DNA of 64,000 nt from Candidatus Helarchaeota archaeon (lineage in GTDB: Archaea > Asgardarchaeota > Lokiarchaeia > Helarchaeales > RDOG01), in assembly GCA_019058315.1 (NCBI GenBank), contig JAHPZH010000009.1, forward strand, positions 136,307 to 200,306, given 5' to 3'. Positions within the stretch are counted from its first letter, which is position 1; each line of letters begins with the position of its first letter. The position numbers and the translations under genes were made by a program. The notes under the pieces are model-generated. The model saw nothing but the letters and a program-made list of their open reading frames with translations, was not told the DNA's origin and did not search any database. This document shows positions 52,109-61,804 of this stretch, piece by piece.

Positions 52109-52843
52109 TTGTCAGGTCTGAAGGTGGCAAGTTGGATATTTTCAATTCTTGGTCTGCTTACTCTCCTTGGTCCAAGCATGTTTTCGTATACATCGGCAAT
52201 TAGTCCATATATATTTTATACCATCTCTCTCATATTTATACTGTTAGGAGTGTGTTTTGCCAATGCAGCTAAGAAGGACGAGGAAATAGTAGAAATTGTT
52301 AGCACGAAAATGCCTGAATGGTGGTTAAGAGAATTAGTTCGCAAGGAGATGAATGTATTTCTCAGGGATCTCAACAATCCAGATGGAAGAACCCAGACTA
52401 ATGCAATAATTAGATTAGGTAATATGGGGGATGAAAGTGCCATTCCACATTTGGAAAAACTATTAAGAAAAAAGTCCAAGTCAATCAGGGAATTGGTTGA
52501 AATTGCAATAACTAAGATTAAAGGTAGAACTTCAATAATTAACGTCTGTGCTTACCTACAGATAGAATCACAAATTAGAGATAGGACTATTTTTTTCTAT
52601 CATAAAATAATGAAGGATAAAAAAAGTGCGACTATAATTTCGAACAATATTATATTAGCTGCTTTCTGTCTGATAATGGCAGTTCGAGAATATAAAGATC
52701 TCACTCATATATCCGATCAAGATGTTATAAAGGGCTTTAATCATTTAACATATGAAATAACTATTGGAGAAGTATTTGAATTAGCCTTGAACTTATTACC
52801 AAAGTATGATAAAATGTTTAATCGAAAAACACTTTTAATTTGA
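52109..52843 (+). CDS. 2-TM plus HEAT-repeat protein with possible cyclin/TFB-like C-terminal helices
   Basis: AIIRLGNMGDESAIPHLEKLL (PBS-HEAT); INVCAYLQI...LAAFCLIMAVR. Confidence 0.55.
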   Translation: MSGLKVASWIFSILGLLTLLGPSMFSYTSAISPYIFYTISLIFILLGVCFANAAKKDEEIVEIVSTKMPEWWLRELVRKEMNVFLRDLNNPDGRTQTNAIIRLGNMGDESAIPHLEKLLRKKSKSIRELVEIAITKIKGRTSIINVCAYLQIESQIRDRTIFFYHKIMKDKKSATIISNNIILAAFCLIMAVREYKDLTHISDQDVIKGFNHLTYEITIGEVFELALNLLPKYDKMFNRKTLLI

Positions 52844-52859
52844 TTTACCCCAATTTATT

Positions 52860-54389
52860 TTATTTATTGTGGAATTTTGTATAATCCAGAATTTTCCGTA
52901 GAGTATTTGCTGCGTTTTTAACCCCTGAGAAGCATAAAACATTTGTTTCGTTCAGAGCCTCCCTAAATTTTGTTGAAATCCGTGCAACTCCCTCATCTAC
53001 TACTAAAATAGGGTTAATAATCACGAATAACGATGACATCTTCCTGAATATCCTTCCAAAAGACCGTCCAAGAGAAGCAATAAATGTTTCCCCTAACGCT
53101 CCTGCATACATGTTAAGCCAATGGGCGGCCATGTATAAAAATACTATATCAATATTCTCATCTTGATCCAATATTTTTGCCGTTTTTATTAAAACATTCG
53201 GATCTGCTGCAGCTATTCCAGTATCTATTGGATTTCTTACGCTGGTATTGACATCCGGATATAATAGTCTGAGTTTTTGTTGAGTTGCATCCGTTAATTC
53301 ATTTAATTGTAAGCCTTCTTTAGTCATGATGTCCGTAATTTCTACAGAACTTCCTCCCCCAGGGACTATAACGGCAGCACTATCTCCTCTAGGGTATTTT
53401 GTATTAACCATTTTTGAGAAAGCATAAAGTACATCCCAAAATTGCCCACTTTCTTCCACAAAAACTCCCCCTGCTTGCTTTATTGCATTTTTCCAAACTG
53501 ATAATGGAGATGCAATGGCACCTGTATGGCTTGCGGCAGCCCTTTCCCCCGCTTTGGATTGACCACCCTTCCAAATTATTACAGGTTTATTAGGCGTGAC
53601 CTCTCTCATTTTCTGGAAAAACTCATTTCCATTTGCACTACCCGTGCTTTCTAAATACATCCCAATAACTTCTGTATCAGGATCTTTTGAGTAATAATCG
53701 AGTATTTCCAAACAATTAACATCGATTTGATTGCCAAATGATAAACCCTTACTGAAGTAGAGAAATTTATGCTCTTGAACCTCTGCTAATATCATTGCAT
53801 GTCCTCCCGATTGCGAACCAAATGCAATATTGCCGCTCTTCATTGAAGCTAGAGCATTATAAGTTACCCTACTTTTAGGACAAAGAGGACCTATACAATT
53901 TGGACCAATTAGCCTAGTATCTGTACCTTTTACAATTTCTAAGACTGTATCTGTTAAATTTAAACCCTCTTGGGTCAGGAGTTCATTAAAACCAGATGTA
54001 AATATTAATACAAATTTGACATTCCTTTCTACAGCTTCTCTTACTAAATCTGGTACCAGTTCTGCTTTAATACAAGAAATTACTAAATCCAATTCTTCTG
54101 CAATCGCTTTCAAAGAAGGATAAAAAGTAAATCCGTTAATTTCTTGTCCAACATATTTGGGATTAACTAAAAACATTTTTTCTTTCGGATACCCACTTTT
54201 AGAAAGAGGTCCAACAAAAAAATCTCCCATTTTTGGTTTACCACTTGCCCCTACGATAGTAATATTCTTTGGAAAAAATAAAGGATCAAAATCTGTATTT
54301 TTAGATGGTTTCTGATTATTCATTAGAATTATAGTTGATGATTTCGTTATTAAAAATATCTGGATTTTAAGTAGAATAACGAATAACAA
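52860..54389 (-). CDS. ADP-forming acyl-CoA synthetase alpha subunit (CoA-binding)
   Basis: IVGAS, LIGPNCIG, SQSGG, SFGNQID, AAASHTGAIA, NPID. Confidence 0.9.
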   Translation of the reverse strand: MLFVILLKIQIFLITKSSTIILMNNQKPSKNTDFDPLFFPKNITIVGASGKPKMGDFFVGPLSKSGYPKEKMFLVNPKYVGQEINGFTFYPSLKAIAEELDLVISCIKAELVPDLVREAVERNVKFVLIFTSGFNELLTQEGLNLTDTVLEIVKGTDTRLIGPNCIGPLCPKSRVTYNALASMKSGNIAFGSQSGGHAMILAEVQEHKFLYFSKGLSFGNQIDVNCLEILDYYSKDPDTEVIGMYLESTGSANGNEFFQKMREVTPNKPVIIWKGGQSKAGERAAASHTGAIASPLSVWKNAIKQAGGVFVEESGQFWDVLYAFSKMVNTKYPRGDSAAVIVPGGGSSVEITDIMTKEGLQLNELTDATQQKLRLLYPDVNTSVRNPIDTGIAAADPNVLIKTAKILDQDENIDIVFLYMAAHWLNMYAGALGETFIASLGRSFGRIFRKMSSLFVIINPILVVDEGVARISTKFREALNETNVLCFSGVKNAANTLRKILDYTKFHNK

Positions 54390-54482
54390 AGTAATACCGA
54401 AAGTGGTTAAGATTAAATAGTTGAAATTATTTATTATTACTACTATAAATTAAATATCATATTAGGAAGAGGTTAGAAGAAT

Positions 54483-55223
54483 TTGAGAAAAAATACAACC
54501 ACAGAAAAGATTGATCCTCTTTTAATTATTGCGGGATTTGGTTTTTTAGCAATTTTTAGTTCTATATTATTTTATTCAATATCATTATTCGTAGGTGCCT
54601 CCTCTACTTATTTTCTAAAATGTGGAGCAAATGTCATTCCTATTGTTTTTGTAGGTGGCATTATAATGAGTGCAGGAATAATATTAAGTGGAATAAAATT
54701 TGTTGATTTCTTTAAAAAAGATAAGAGACCGCTATCATTAATAATATTCATTGGTTCATTAGTGGCAGGTGTATTTAATACATTAATGTACTCCTTGTTC
54801 TGGTTCATACTTCGTAATACACTTTTTTATATTATGTTTGGAGTTTCTTTTTATTGTTTGGCTACCTATTTGAATTTATACGGTATTTACTTTAATTCTG
54901 TAAGCAATTCAACTAAAAGGCCAAAATTCACTTTAATTTTGAGTGATATACTCATAGTTGCATCTGGAGTTTTTTTAGTGTTTATCACTATATTTGTGGG
55001 GACAGCTATAATGTGGTATGAAGAAACCATAGCTCTAAGAATAATTTCCATCTACTCTATAATTTTGGAACCACCATTAAGGGATGTTCAAAGATTATTT
55101 TCCATCTTCTTCTTAATTTGTGGTGGTCCGCTTTTTATTTTTGCAAGTATACTATTTTCAGAAGGTGGATGGAAAGAGGCTACTGGTAGAACATACTTTC
55201 AAAGGACATGGATGGAGGGGTAG
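54483..55223 (+). CDS. Hypothetical multi-pass membrane protein
   Basis: About 6 TM helices. Confidence 0.65.
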   Translation: MRKNTTTEKIDPLLIIAGFGFLAIFSSILFYSISLFVGASSTYFLKCGANVIPIVFVGGIIMSAGIILSGIKFVDFFKKDKRPLSLIIFIGSLVAGVFNTLMYSLFWFILRNTLFYIMFGVSFYCLATYLNLYGIYFNSVSNSTKRPKFTLILSDILIVASGVFLVFITIFVGTAIMWYEETIALRIISIYSIILEPPLRDVQRLFSIFFLICGGPLFIFASILFSEGGWKEATGRTYFQRTWMEG

Positions 55224-55334
55224 TATAGAATGGAGTTTGACGCGGAAACGCTGAATAATGTAGTAATAATTTTAGAAGTGGACGCTTTTTAAAATTTACC
55301 ACCTATTTTTTTCCTAATTTCTAAATACTTGCCA

Positions 55335-55676
55335 TTAAAGATAAGGTATCACGCAAATAAAAGCTAATGGCTCATTTCCAACGTTTTTATATCCATGCAT
55401 CTCATTTGGAGGGACATAAATTACATCTCCAGGATTTATTTCCACGATACTGCCCTTGTTATCAAAAATTTCTCCTGATCCCTGAAGTATGTATATTTCA
55501 TGTTCTTCGGGATGGTTGTGTAGTCCAATTTCCCCACCTGGTTGTATTTCAAAACGGCGCATCGTGAAGTTTTTCGCCCCATCTTTGTTTGTAATGAGCC
55601 ATTGAATCGTGGTTTTCTTTGAATTCGCTTTCGTAACATTTTCCAATTCAATATCTTTAACATGTTTTTTTATCAT
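55335..55676 (-). CDS. Cupin domain protein
   Basis: HNHPEEHEIYILQG...PGDVIYVPPNEMH. Confidence 0.9.
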   Translation of the reverse strand: MIKKHVKDIELENVTKANSKKTTIQWLITNKDGAKNFTMRRFEIQPGGEIGLHNHPEEHEIYILQGSGEIFDNKGSIVEINPGDVIYVPPNEMHGYKNVGNEPLAFICVIPYL

Positions 55677-55753
55677 GTTGAATAATTATAAACTAGATTT
55701 TTATTATTTTTTTATTATTTACAAAATACGGCATTTGTATTACTTGAAATTGA

Positions 55754-56269
55754 TTAATTTTTTCGTTTTGCATATCCTTCTGGAAGTTCACTAGGCGGAC
55801 AATTTATAATATCATTACGATCAGGTCCACAATCTTCTATGAAAGTGATTTGAGCAAACTCATCTAGAATAAACTTTGGATAAGTTGGACCTGCATCTCT
55901 ATATTTCCTCATTTTTTCAAGGTTTTGATTCTGATAGCAGACTGTTTTTTGAGGATCATCCTCAATCCATTTTGGGAAGACAGCTGTACCATGTAATTTT
56001 CGTCTTTGGAAGTTAATCGCTAAACTGACATTTGTTCCAGTGGGTTCATCCCAAGAGATTTTATAGACATTCTCAGCTAACTCCACTATTTTAGCATCTT
56101 GATCGGTTACCCATCGCCCACCGACAATACCACTATGAATTCGGTAATCCAAAGTATGGTCATTTTTCACATATATTTCATATTGCCAGCCATTATCATA
56201 AGTATAGATGAGATGTTTCCCTACAAGTCCTTTTAAGCTATTTAATTTATTTGAGTCTTTTATGGACAT
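55754..56269 (-). CDS. padC: Phenolic acid decarboxylase (cofactor-free PAD)
   Basis: HLIYTYDNGWQYEIYVKN, YRIHSGIVGGRWV, SWDEPTGT, RDAGPTYPK, I.CPPSELP. Confidence 0.92.
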   Translation of the reverse strand: MSIKDSNKLNSLKGLVGKHLIYTYDNGWQYEIYVKNDHTLDYRIHSGIVGGRWVTDQDAKIVELAENVYKISWDEPTGTNVSLAINFQRRKLHGTAVFPKWIEDDPQKTVCYQNQNLEKMRKYRDAGPTYPKFILDEFAQITFIEDCGPDRNDIINCPPSELPEGYAKRKN

Positions 56270-56528
56270 ATTATCAAGGTTCTTTTTATTTAATCAAATT
56301 ATATTTTTGGTTATTTTTTATTCATCATATTGCTTTTTAAAATTTTAAAGAAAAGATGAAAAACTATGAAAAAAAAGTTAGTTGGCAAAATAAATATCAA
56401 TTTTTATCCATTTTTCATTTTGGTCTTATAATAGATAATTAGAGAAAGATAAAAGTTGTAATTTTCCACAATTTCAATAAAAAAATCATTTTATAAATTA
56501 TTTGAGAAATTATATTGGGTGAAAATTA

Positions 56529-57656
56529 GTGAGTGATGAAGTTTATGAAAAAATAAGACAAGCTATGAACAATGGTTGGCCTTTAAAACTTCCTAAAGAA
56601 AAAAGCGTAATGGAAATGTTAAAAATAATCTATCCTACAGAAGAAGAAGCGAAAATCGTAGCTTGTTTTGAACAACCAATGTTTGATTTAAAATCTATTA
56701 AAAAAATTTCAAAAATCACCGGTTATTCTATTGAAAAAACTAAAGAAGTTTGCGAAAAAATGTCTGAGAGAGGAGTAATTCTTCGAATGGGGAAAGTTTA
56801 TGGCATTTTCCCAGCGATGCCAGGATTGATTGAATTTTATTTTGTTACCGGAAAAGATGAAAATATGGAATTAGGGGCAAGATTACTCCATGAAAACATG
56901 GCAAAAATAGCACCGGAATGGTTTGCTAGTGGTTATCCATTTTTTAGAAATTTACCTTCCTCTTCTTTAAAAGAAAAATTAATTAAAATTGATGAAACAA
57001 TCGAAGACGTGGGTCAAAAAATCTTAGTTTATGAGGATATTGAAGCGTATATCAATAGATGTACTAGTATAACGGTTGTTAATTGTATGTGTCGAACCGT
57101 TGGAGAACTTTTGGGAAATAAATGCGAAAAAATTGAAGAAAATGTTTGTATGGCCCTCAACATGGCAGGCGACGCGTTAACACCATATGGTTTAGGTAGG
57201 CAAGTTTCAAAAAAAGAAGCTTTAGAATTAGTAAAAAAAGCAGAAGATTGTGGGCTTATACATACAATAAATAACGCAGCAGGACCAGATGCACCAATGA
57301 TGATTTGCAATTGCTGTCCATGTCATTGTGAAGTTATTAGATGTTTAAGGGATTTTAAAAATCCTTCAGCTTTGGCTCGAAGTAATTTTAAACCAAAATT
57401 CAATAAGGAATTATGCATTTTGTGTGATAAATGCGTTAATATTTGTCCAATGGAAGCGCTCTGGCACCACTACTCGCATTCTGGGAAGGATTCGGATGAA
57501 CGTATAATGTATAAAGAACAATATTGTATTGGTTGTGGATTATGCGCACATCACTGTCCAAAAGACGCTATATCCATGGAAAAAGTGTATAATGACGTCC
57601 CCGAACAGACGCTTTTAGGTATGTTCAAAAAAATTGAAGAAACAAGAGGACATTAA
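56529..57656 (+). CDS. 4Fe-4S dicluster protein (paralog of 27300)
   Basis: CMCR, CNCCPCHC, CILCDKCVNICP, CIGCGLCAHHCP. Confidence 0.88.
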   Translation: MSDEVYEKIRQAMNNGWPLKLPKEKSVMEMLKIIYPTEEEAKIVACFEQPMFDLKSIKKISKITGYSIEKTKEVCEKMSERGVILRMGKVYGIFPAMPGLIEFYFVTGKDENMELGARLLHENMAKIAPEWFASGYPFFRNLPSSSLKEKLIKIDETIEDVGQKILVYEDIEAYINRCTSITVVNCMCRTVGELLGNKCEKIEENVCMALNMAGDALTPYGLGRQVSKKEALELVKKAEDCGLIHTINNAAGPDAPMMICNCCPCHCEVIRCLRDFKNPSALARSNFKPKFNKELCILCDKCVNICPMEALWHHYSHSGKDSDERIMYKEQYCIGCGLCAHHCPKDAISMEKVYNDVPEQTLLGMFKKIEETRGH

Positions 57657-57693
57657 TCATGACTTTTCCCTTTTAATTTTTAGTTAAAAACGA

Positions 57694-57825
57694 TTATATT
57701 TTTGATTTCAATTCATCAATATTCTTCAAAATCTCTTCATTAGTTGGTTCAAATTCAATAATTTTTTTATAACACTCAATTGCTTTAAGATAAAAATCTC
57801 CAAATGTGGAAAATGTTCCCACCAA
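57694..57825 (-). pseudogene. Single-TPR remnant
   Basis: ...GDFYLKAIECYKKIIEFEPTNEEILKNIDELKSKI*, with an in-frame stop immediately upstream. Confidence 0.4.
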
Positions 57826-57918
57826 TTAATTCAAATGTCCGTACGGGTCAACATACAAAGTGTTGCTAAAAGTGGAAACTCAACCTTTCACTTAAAAATA
57901 TCAGTCACAGAAGACGGT

Positions 57919-58425
57919 TTAATTAGAAGACGGACTACCTCCTACTGGAGAGCCACAATATACACAAAAATTATCGGTCGTTTCATACCTAAGACCACAT
58001 TTTGGACAAAAACCACTGATTTTTTCTGATTCTAAAGAAGATATATTGGAAGGAGTTCCTAATGGTGTCGTTGGATGTATTGATTCCGCTGATTTTATTT
58101 CTTGTAATGGCTTATTATTAGAAATGATAACAGTAATTCCAATAAAAATTGGTATCCCTGATAAGTAACCAAGTTGAGGTCCTTCGAATAAACCTACCGA
58201 TGCTCCCCAAATATAAAAAAATAGCACAAATTGTCCAATAATGAGCCAGATTATTCCACCTATTATACCTCTCTTTAACCCCCGTTTGAATATTTCTAAT
58301 AGATTATGTTCTTTTAGTGATTTTATATGTTCTGTATCAAAAAAATCACAAAATCGATATTTTGTATGAGAAATAGTGACTTTGTACTTTGGTTTACAAT
58401 TACAGATGAAACAAGTCTTTCCCAA
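57919..58425 (-). CDS. 2-TM protein with C-terminal zinc ribbon
   Basis: GGAGG SD; FCPKCG...NFCVYCG. Confidence 0.7.
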   Translation of the reverse strand: MGKTCFICNCKPKYKVTISHTKYRFCDFFDTEHIKSLKEHNLLEIFKRGLKRGIIGGIIWLIIGQFVLFFYIWGASVGLFEGPQLGYLSGIPIFIGITVIISNNKPLQEIKSAESIHPTTPLGTPSNISSLESEKISGFCPKCGLRYETTDNFCVYCGSPVGGSPSSN

Positions 58426-58593
58426 AGTAAATTCTTCCTCCTAATTTTTATGTAATATTCTATTAAATAATATTTAAATTTATAGCCGTTATTGCACCGT
58501 GTAATATTTAATTAACTTGAAAATAGGATTTGTTAGAAAAATAATGAGTGAGTAAACTCCAAATTACTTTATTATATTGGGACTCTTCTTTCT

Positions 58594-58647
58594 TATGTCT
58601 TTTATTATGCTCTAAGTTGTATTAATAACTTCACTTTTTTTTCATAG
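58594..58647. repeat. Intergenic repeat, copy 1
   Basis: tatgtcttttattatgctctaagttgtattaataacttcacttttttttcatag, similar to 61501-61553 and partly to 60848-60876. Confidence 0.65.
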
Positions 58648-58754
58648 TGGAATGGAAATTCTTCATAATCAATTACTTTATCCCCTCTTTTTTTCCTAAG
58701 AATTTTTCAGACGAAACCTATATTAGAGACCATATTGCTAGTATATAACCAGTT

Positions 58755-58788
58755 GTAGAGTGAGGTCTCAATTAGTAGAGTGAGGTCT
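58755..58788 (+). repeat. 14-nt direct repeat (gtagagtgaggtct x2) containing the SD of the M6 protease gene
   Basis: Exact copies at 58755-58768 and 58775-58788. Confidence 0.7.
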
Positions 58789-58792
58789 AAAT

Positions 58793-60844
58793 TTGAAGGT
58801 TAAAAAAAGTCTGATATTTATTGCCATTGCATTATTATTATTAATTCCAATTATTGATTTTGATAATTCAATCCATGAAGAAAATGGACTATATTTAATG
58901 GAAAACAATGAAAAAATGAATAACATTCCTAATATTCCTCCAAATTTACCATTAGATTTAATTACAGATTATACACCTCCAAACGAGCCAGTTTTAGGTG
59001 AAGAGGAAGCTGTCGTAATTATGATCGATTTTTCTGATCAACCAGGAGTCAAATCAAAGGCTTATTTTGAAAATATGTTATTTGGTGGAAATGATGGAGC
59101 TATGGATAATTATTATGAAGAAGTGTCATATAATCAATTCACAGTTAGTGGTACTATAGTAGGAACAGGTTGGTATAGATCTTCTCATCTAATGATATGG
59201 TATGGAGCTGATGATGTTGACCATGACGACTTATTCGGGGATATATATGATCTTACCGTAGAAGCAGCAATCTTAGCTTGGCTAGCTGGCGATATTGACT
59301 TTTCTCAGTATGATAAAGATCATGATGGGGATGTTGATCATTTAATAATTATTCATTCTGGGGATGACCAAGCAGCAAGCGGAGTTTCGACCGATATTTG
59401 GTCTCACAGAGCTTCAGTCTCACCCCCCCAATGTTTTATTACTTTGGATGGGGTATGTATTAATAGCTACACAATGGTATCTGAGACTTCTGGTATGGGG
59501 ACTTTTGCACATGAGTTTGGACATGATATAGGATTACCTGATCTCTATGATGGTGACTATCTTGAATATTATGCTCAAAATTGGTCACTAATGGCTAGCG
59601 GCTCTTATAATGATGGGCAAGCACATCCAAGTCACATGATGGCTTGGTCTAAAATGCAGTTAGGGTGGATTGAGACAGCAAAAGTCGAGACAGTGGTGGA
59701 TGGGCGTTGGAGGTCAATAATATTGGATCCTCTTGAGTCTAACACGGATGGAACTCAAGTTATAAAACTCCCAATAACATCAAATACATATTTTTTGATT
59801 GAAAATCGCCAAAAAATTGGTTATGATACCTATATACCCGATGAAGGGATAATAATTACTTTTGTTAATGATAGTTTAGATACATATGAGGGAATTGTTA
59901 GGATTCAAGATTCACGAATTGTTACCCCAACAGTAAATGATGGGGAATACTCAGTTGGATCTGGCGAAGTAGTTATATATCGAAATTTAACGGAGGGTTT
60001 AGATATATCAATTTGTAAAAAAATTGGGAATTCTTATGAAATATTTATAGATAGGTTTAGTGGATCATACACCAATCTAGTAATTGCACCCAATACCATA
60101 TGGACTGGAACTTTTGATAATGTTCAGCCAGGACGGATAATTGTATGGGACTTTTATGAAACGAATTCTAGGGTTGTTGATTTTTGGATTGAGAAAGAGG
60201 GATCTCCTACTAAATATATGGATAAATATGGTATAACCTCTGATGCTGGAACTTTTAGAGTTCCTGAGTACGGTAATTGGTCAATTGTCATAACAAATAA
60301 TGACCTCGGAACTGGGAGAGATATCGAATATGATTTTTTCGTATTCAGTCTACCAAACATTCAAATCGTTTCTTTCTTTGAATTACCAAGTTTAATCTAT
60401 GAGGGTGAGTATTTTGATCTATTACTCTTTGTTGGAAATACAGGAGGATCTTATGAGGATACTGCTAATGCGACAATAATATTACCAGATGGATTGTCTG
60501 CTGTCAATCTAACTCAAGATATAGGTATTATAGACTACTGGGATATTCCTATGGTATCTTGGAGAATTTATGCGGAAAAAACTGGAAATTATGAAATCCA
60601 AGTCAATGTTACATCAACTTGGGGTGGCAGTGTTATTGAAAATGAAACCATTGTAGTAGAAGAAGATCCTTTAAAGACCTTATTGCCCTTGTTGTTAATC
60701 TCTGTAAGTATGGCTGCATCTACCAGATCTGATTTCATCATGCCTACAATATTGATTGGTGCAGCAGCAAGTGGGGTTATAATAATTTCAATCATTATGA
60801 TTAAAATTAAAAAGGGAAAAGACCCCATCTATTATCCAGATTAA
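58793..60844 (+). CDS. M6 (immune inhibitor A-like) metalloprotease, signal peptide and C-terminal TM anchor
   Basis: YYEEVSY, IIHSG, FAHEFGHDIGLPDLYD, WSLMASGSY, YFLIENRQ. Confidence 0.88.
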   Translation: MKVKKSLIFIAIALLLLIPIIDFDNSIHEENGLYLMENNEKMNNIPNIPPNLPLDLITDYTPPNEPVLGEEEAVVIMIDFSDQPGVKSKAYFENMLFGGNDGAMDNYYEEVSYNQFTVSGTIVGTGWYRSSHLMIWYGADDVDHDDLFGDIYDLTVEAAILAWLAGDIDFSQYDKDHDGDVDHLIIIHSGDDQAASGVSTDIWSHRASVSPPQCFITLDGVCINSYTMVSETSGMGTFAHEFGHDIGLPDLYDGDYLEYYAQNWSLMASGSYNDGQAHPSHMMAWSKMQLGWIETAKVETVVDGRWRSIILDPLESNTDGTQVIKLPITSNTYFLIENRQKIGYDTYIPDEGIIITFVNDSLDTYEGIVRIQDSRIVTPTVNDGEYSVGSGEVVIYRNLTEGLDISICKKIGNSYEIFIDRFSGSYTNLVIAPNTIWTGTFDNVQPGRIIVWDFYETNSRVVDFWIEKEGSPTKYMDKYGITSDAGTFRVPEYGNWSIVITNNDLGTGRDIEYDFFVFSLPNIQIVSFFELPSLIYEGEYFDLLLFVGNTGGSYEDTANATIILPDGLSAVNLTQDIGIIDYWDIPMVSWRIYAEKTGNYEIQVNVTSTWGGSVIENETIVVEEDPLKTLLPLLLISVSMAASTRSDFIMPTILIGAAASGVIIISIIMIKIKKGKDPIYYPD

Positions 60845-60847
60845 CAA

Positions 60848-60876
60848 TATTAATAATTTCTCTTTTTTTCATAGTG
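60848..60876. repeat. Intergenic repeat, partial copy 2
   Basis: tattaataatttctctttttttcatagtg. Confidence 0.5.
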
Positions 60877-60918
60877 AAAGTCACTTGAAAATAAAAGAGA
60901 TAACGTCTTTCAACACAC

Positions 60919-61428
60919 TTATATTTTACTGCCACATTTCATACAAAATTTTGAATTAGAAGGGATTTTTTCTCCACATTGAGGGCAGAAAATACCGTCT
61001 ATGGAAGTTGCCGAAATTTTTGAATTTAAGAAATCATAGATATCTTCTAATAAATTTATGTCAAAATTAGTCCACTTACTAAATACCGTTATAAAATGTT
61101 CAGTATCGTCTGTTTCTATAATTTTAATCCAAAATGCTCCATCCCACCAAGCTTTAGTTCCCCTAGCAAGACTTTTTGCTATTTTGGAACCAGTTCCTTC
61201 TCTCCATCTTATCTTTTTTAACTCTTTAATTTGTTTAATCGGTATTATTATATCATCATATTTTTTTTTCTTCGGTAAAATTGAAAGAAGATCATCTGTA
61301 ATAGTTATTACTGAATCGAGTGCTCCTGATCCACAAAAAGTAAATGAACTTTTCCTTATTTTGCCTTCTTCATTTCTATACTTTCCATGTTTTTTTATAT
61401 TAAATTCTTCCGTTTTTATCCACCTCAT
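60919..61428 (-). CDS. PH-like domain protein with C-terminal zinc ribbon
   Basis: ITITDD.L....IIIPIKQIKE.K pattern; FCPQCG..IPSNSKFCMKCG. Confidence 0.65.
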   Translation of the reverse strand: MRWIKTEEFNIKKHGKYRNEEGKIRKSSFTFCGSGALDSVITITDDLLSILPKKKKYDDIIIPIKQIKELKKIRWREGTGSKIAKSLARGTKAWWDGAFWIKIIETDDTEHFITVFSKWTNFDINLLEDIYDFLNSKISATSIDGIFCPQCGEKIPSNSKFCMKCGSKI

Positions 61429-61500
61429 TTAAAAGTTTAAAGTAGAAAAAAAATAGCGATTAATTATTTACTCCTCTTACTCGCCATTCTTTTTTGAAAA

Positions 61501-61553
61501 TATGTTTTTTATTATGTTTTAAGTGATATTAATAACTTTACTTTTTTTCATAG
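61501..61553. repeat. Intergenic repeat, copy 3
   Basis: tatgttttttattatgttttaagtgatattaataactttactttttttcatag. Confidence 0.65.
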
Positions 61554-61804
61554 GAGAGTCATCAATATTTTAATATCTTCACGGAGAACCTCGGAAAAGG
61601 GTATGCTACTGATAAAGACCTGAAAGATTTAATAGATCATTGGAAAGTGCCGTACCGGAATTCCTCATAATAAATTTCTCTATCTATTTTTTTTGTTAAA
61701 AAAAAGATTGAAATATACTTAATTAAATCATTAATTATTCATATTAGGAATTAAGCTGGAAATTGGATATTAAACCTTAAAATAGATTTTTGAGAGAGGT
61801 ATAA

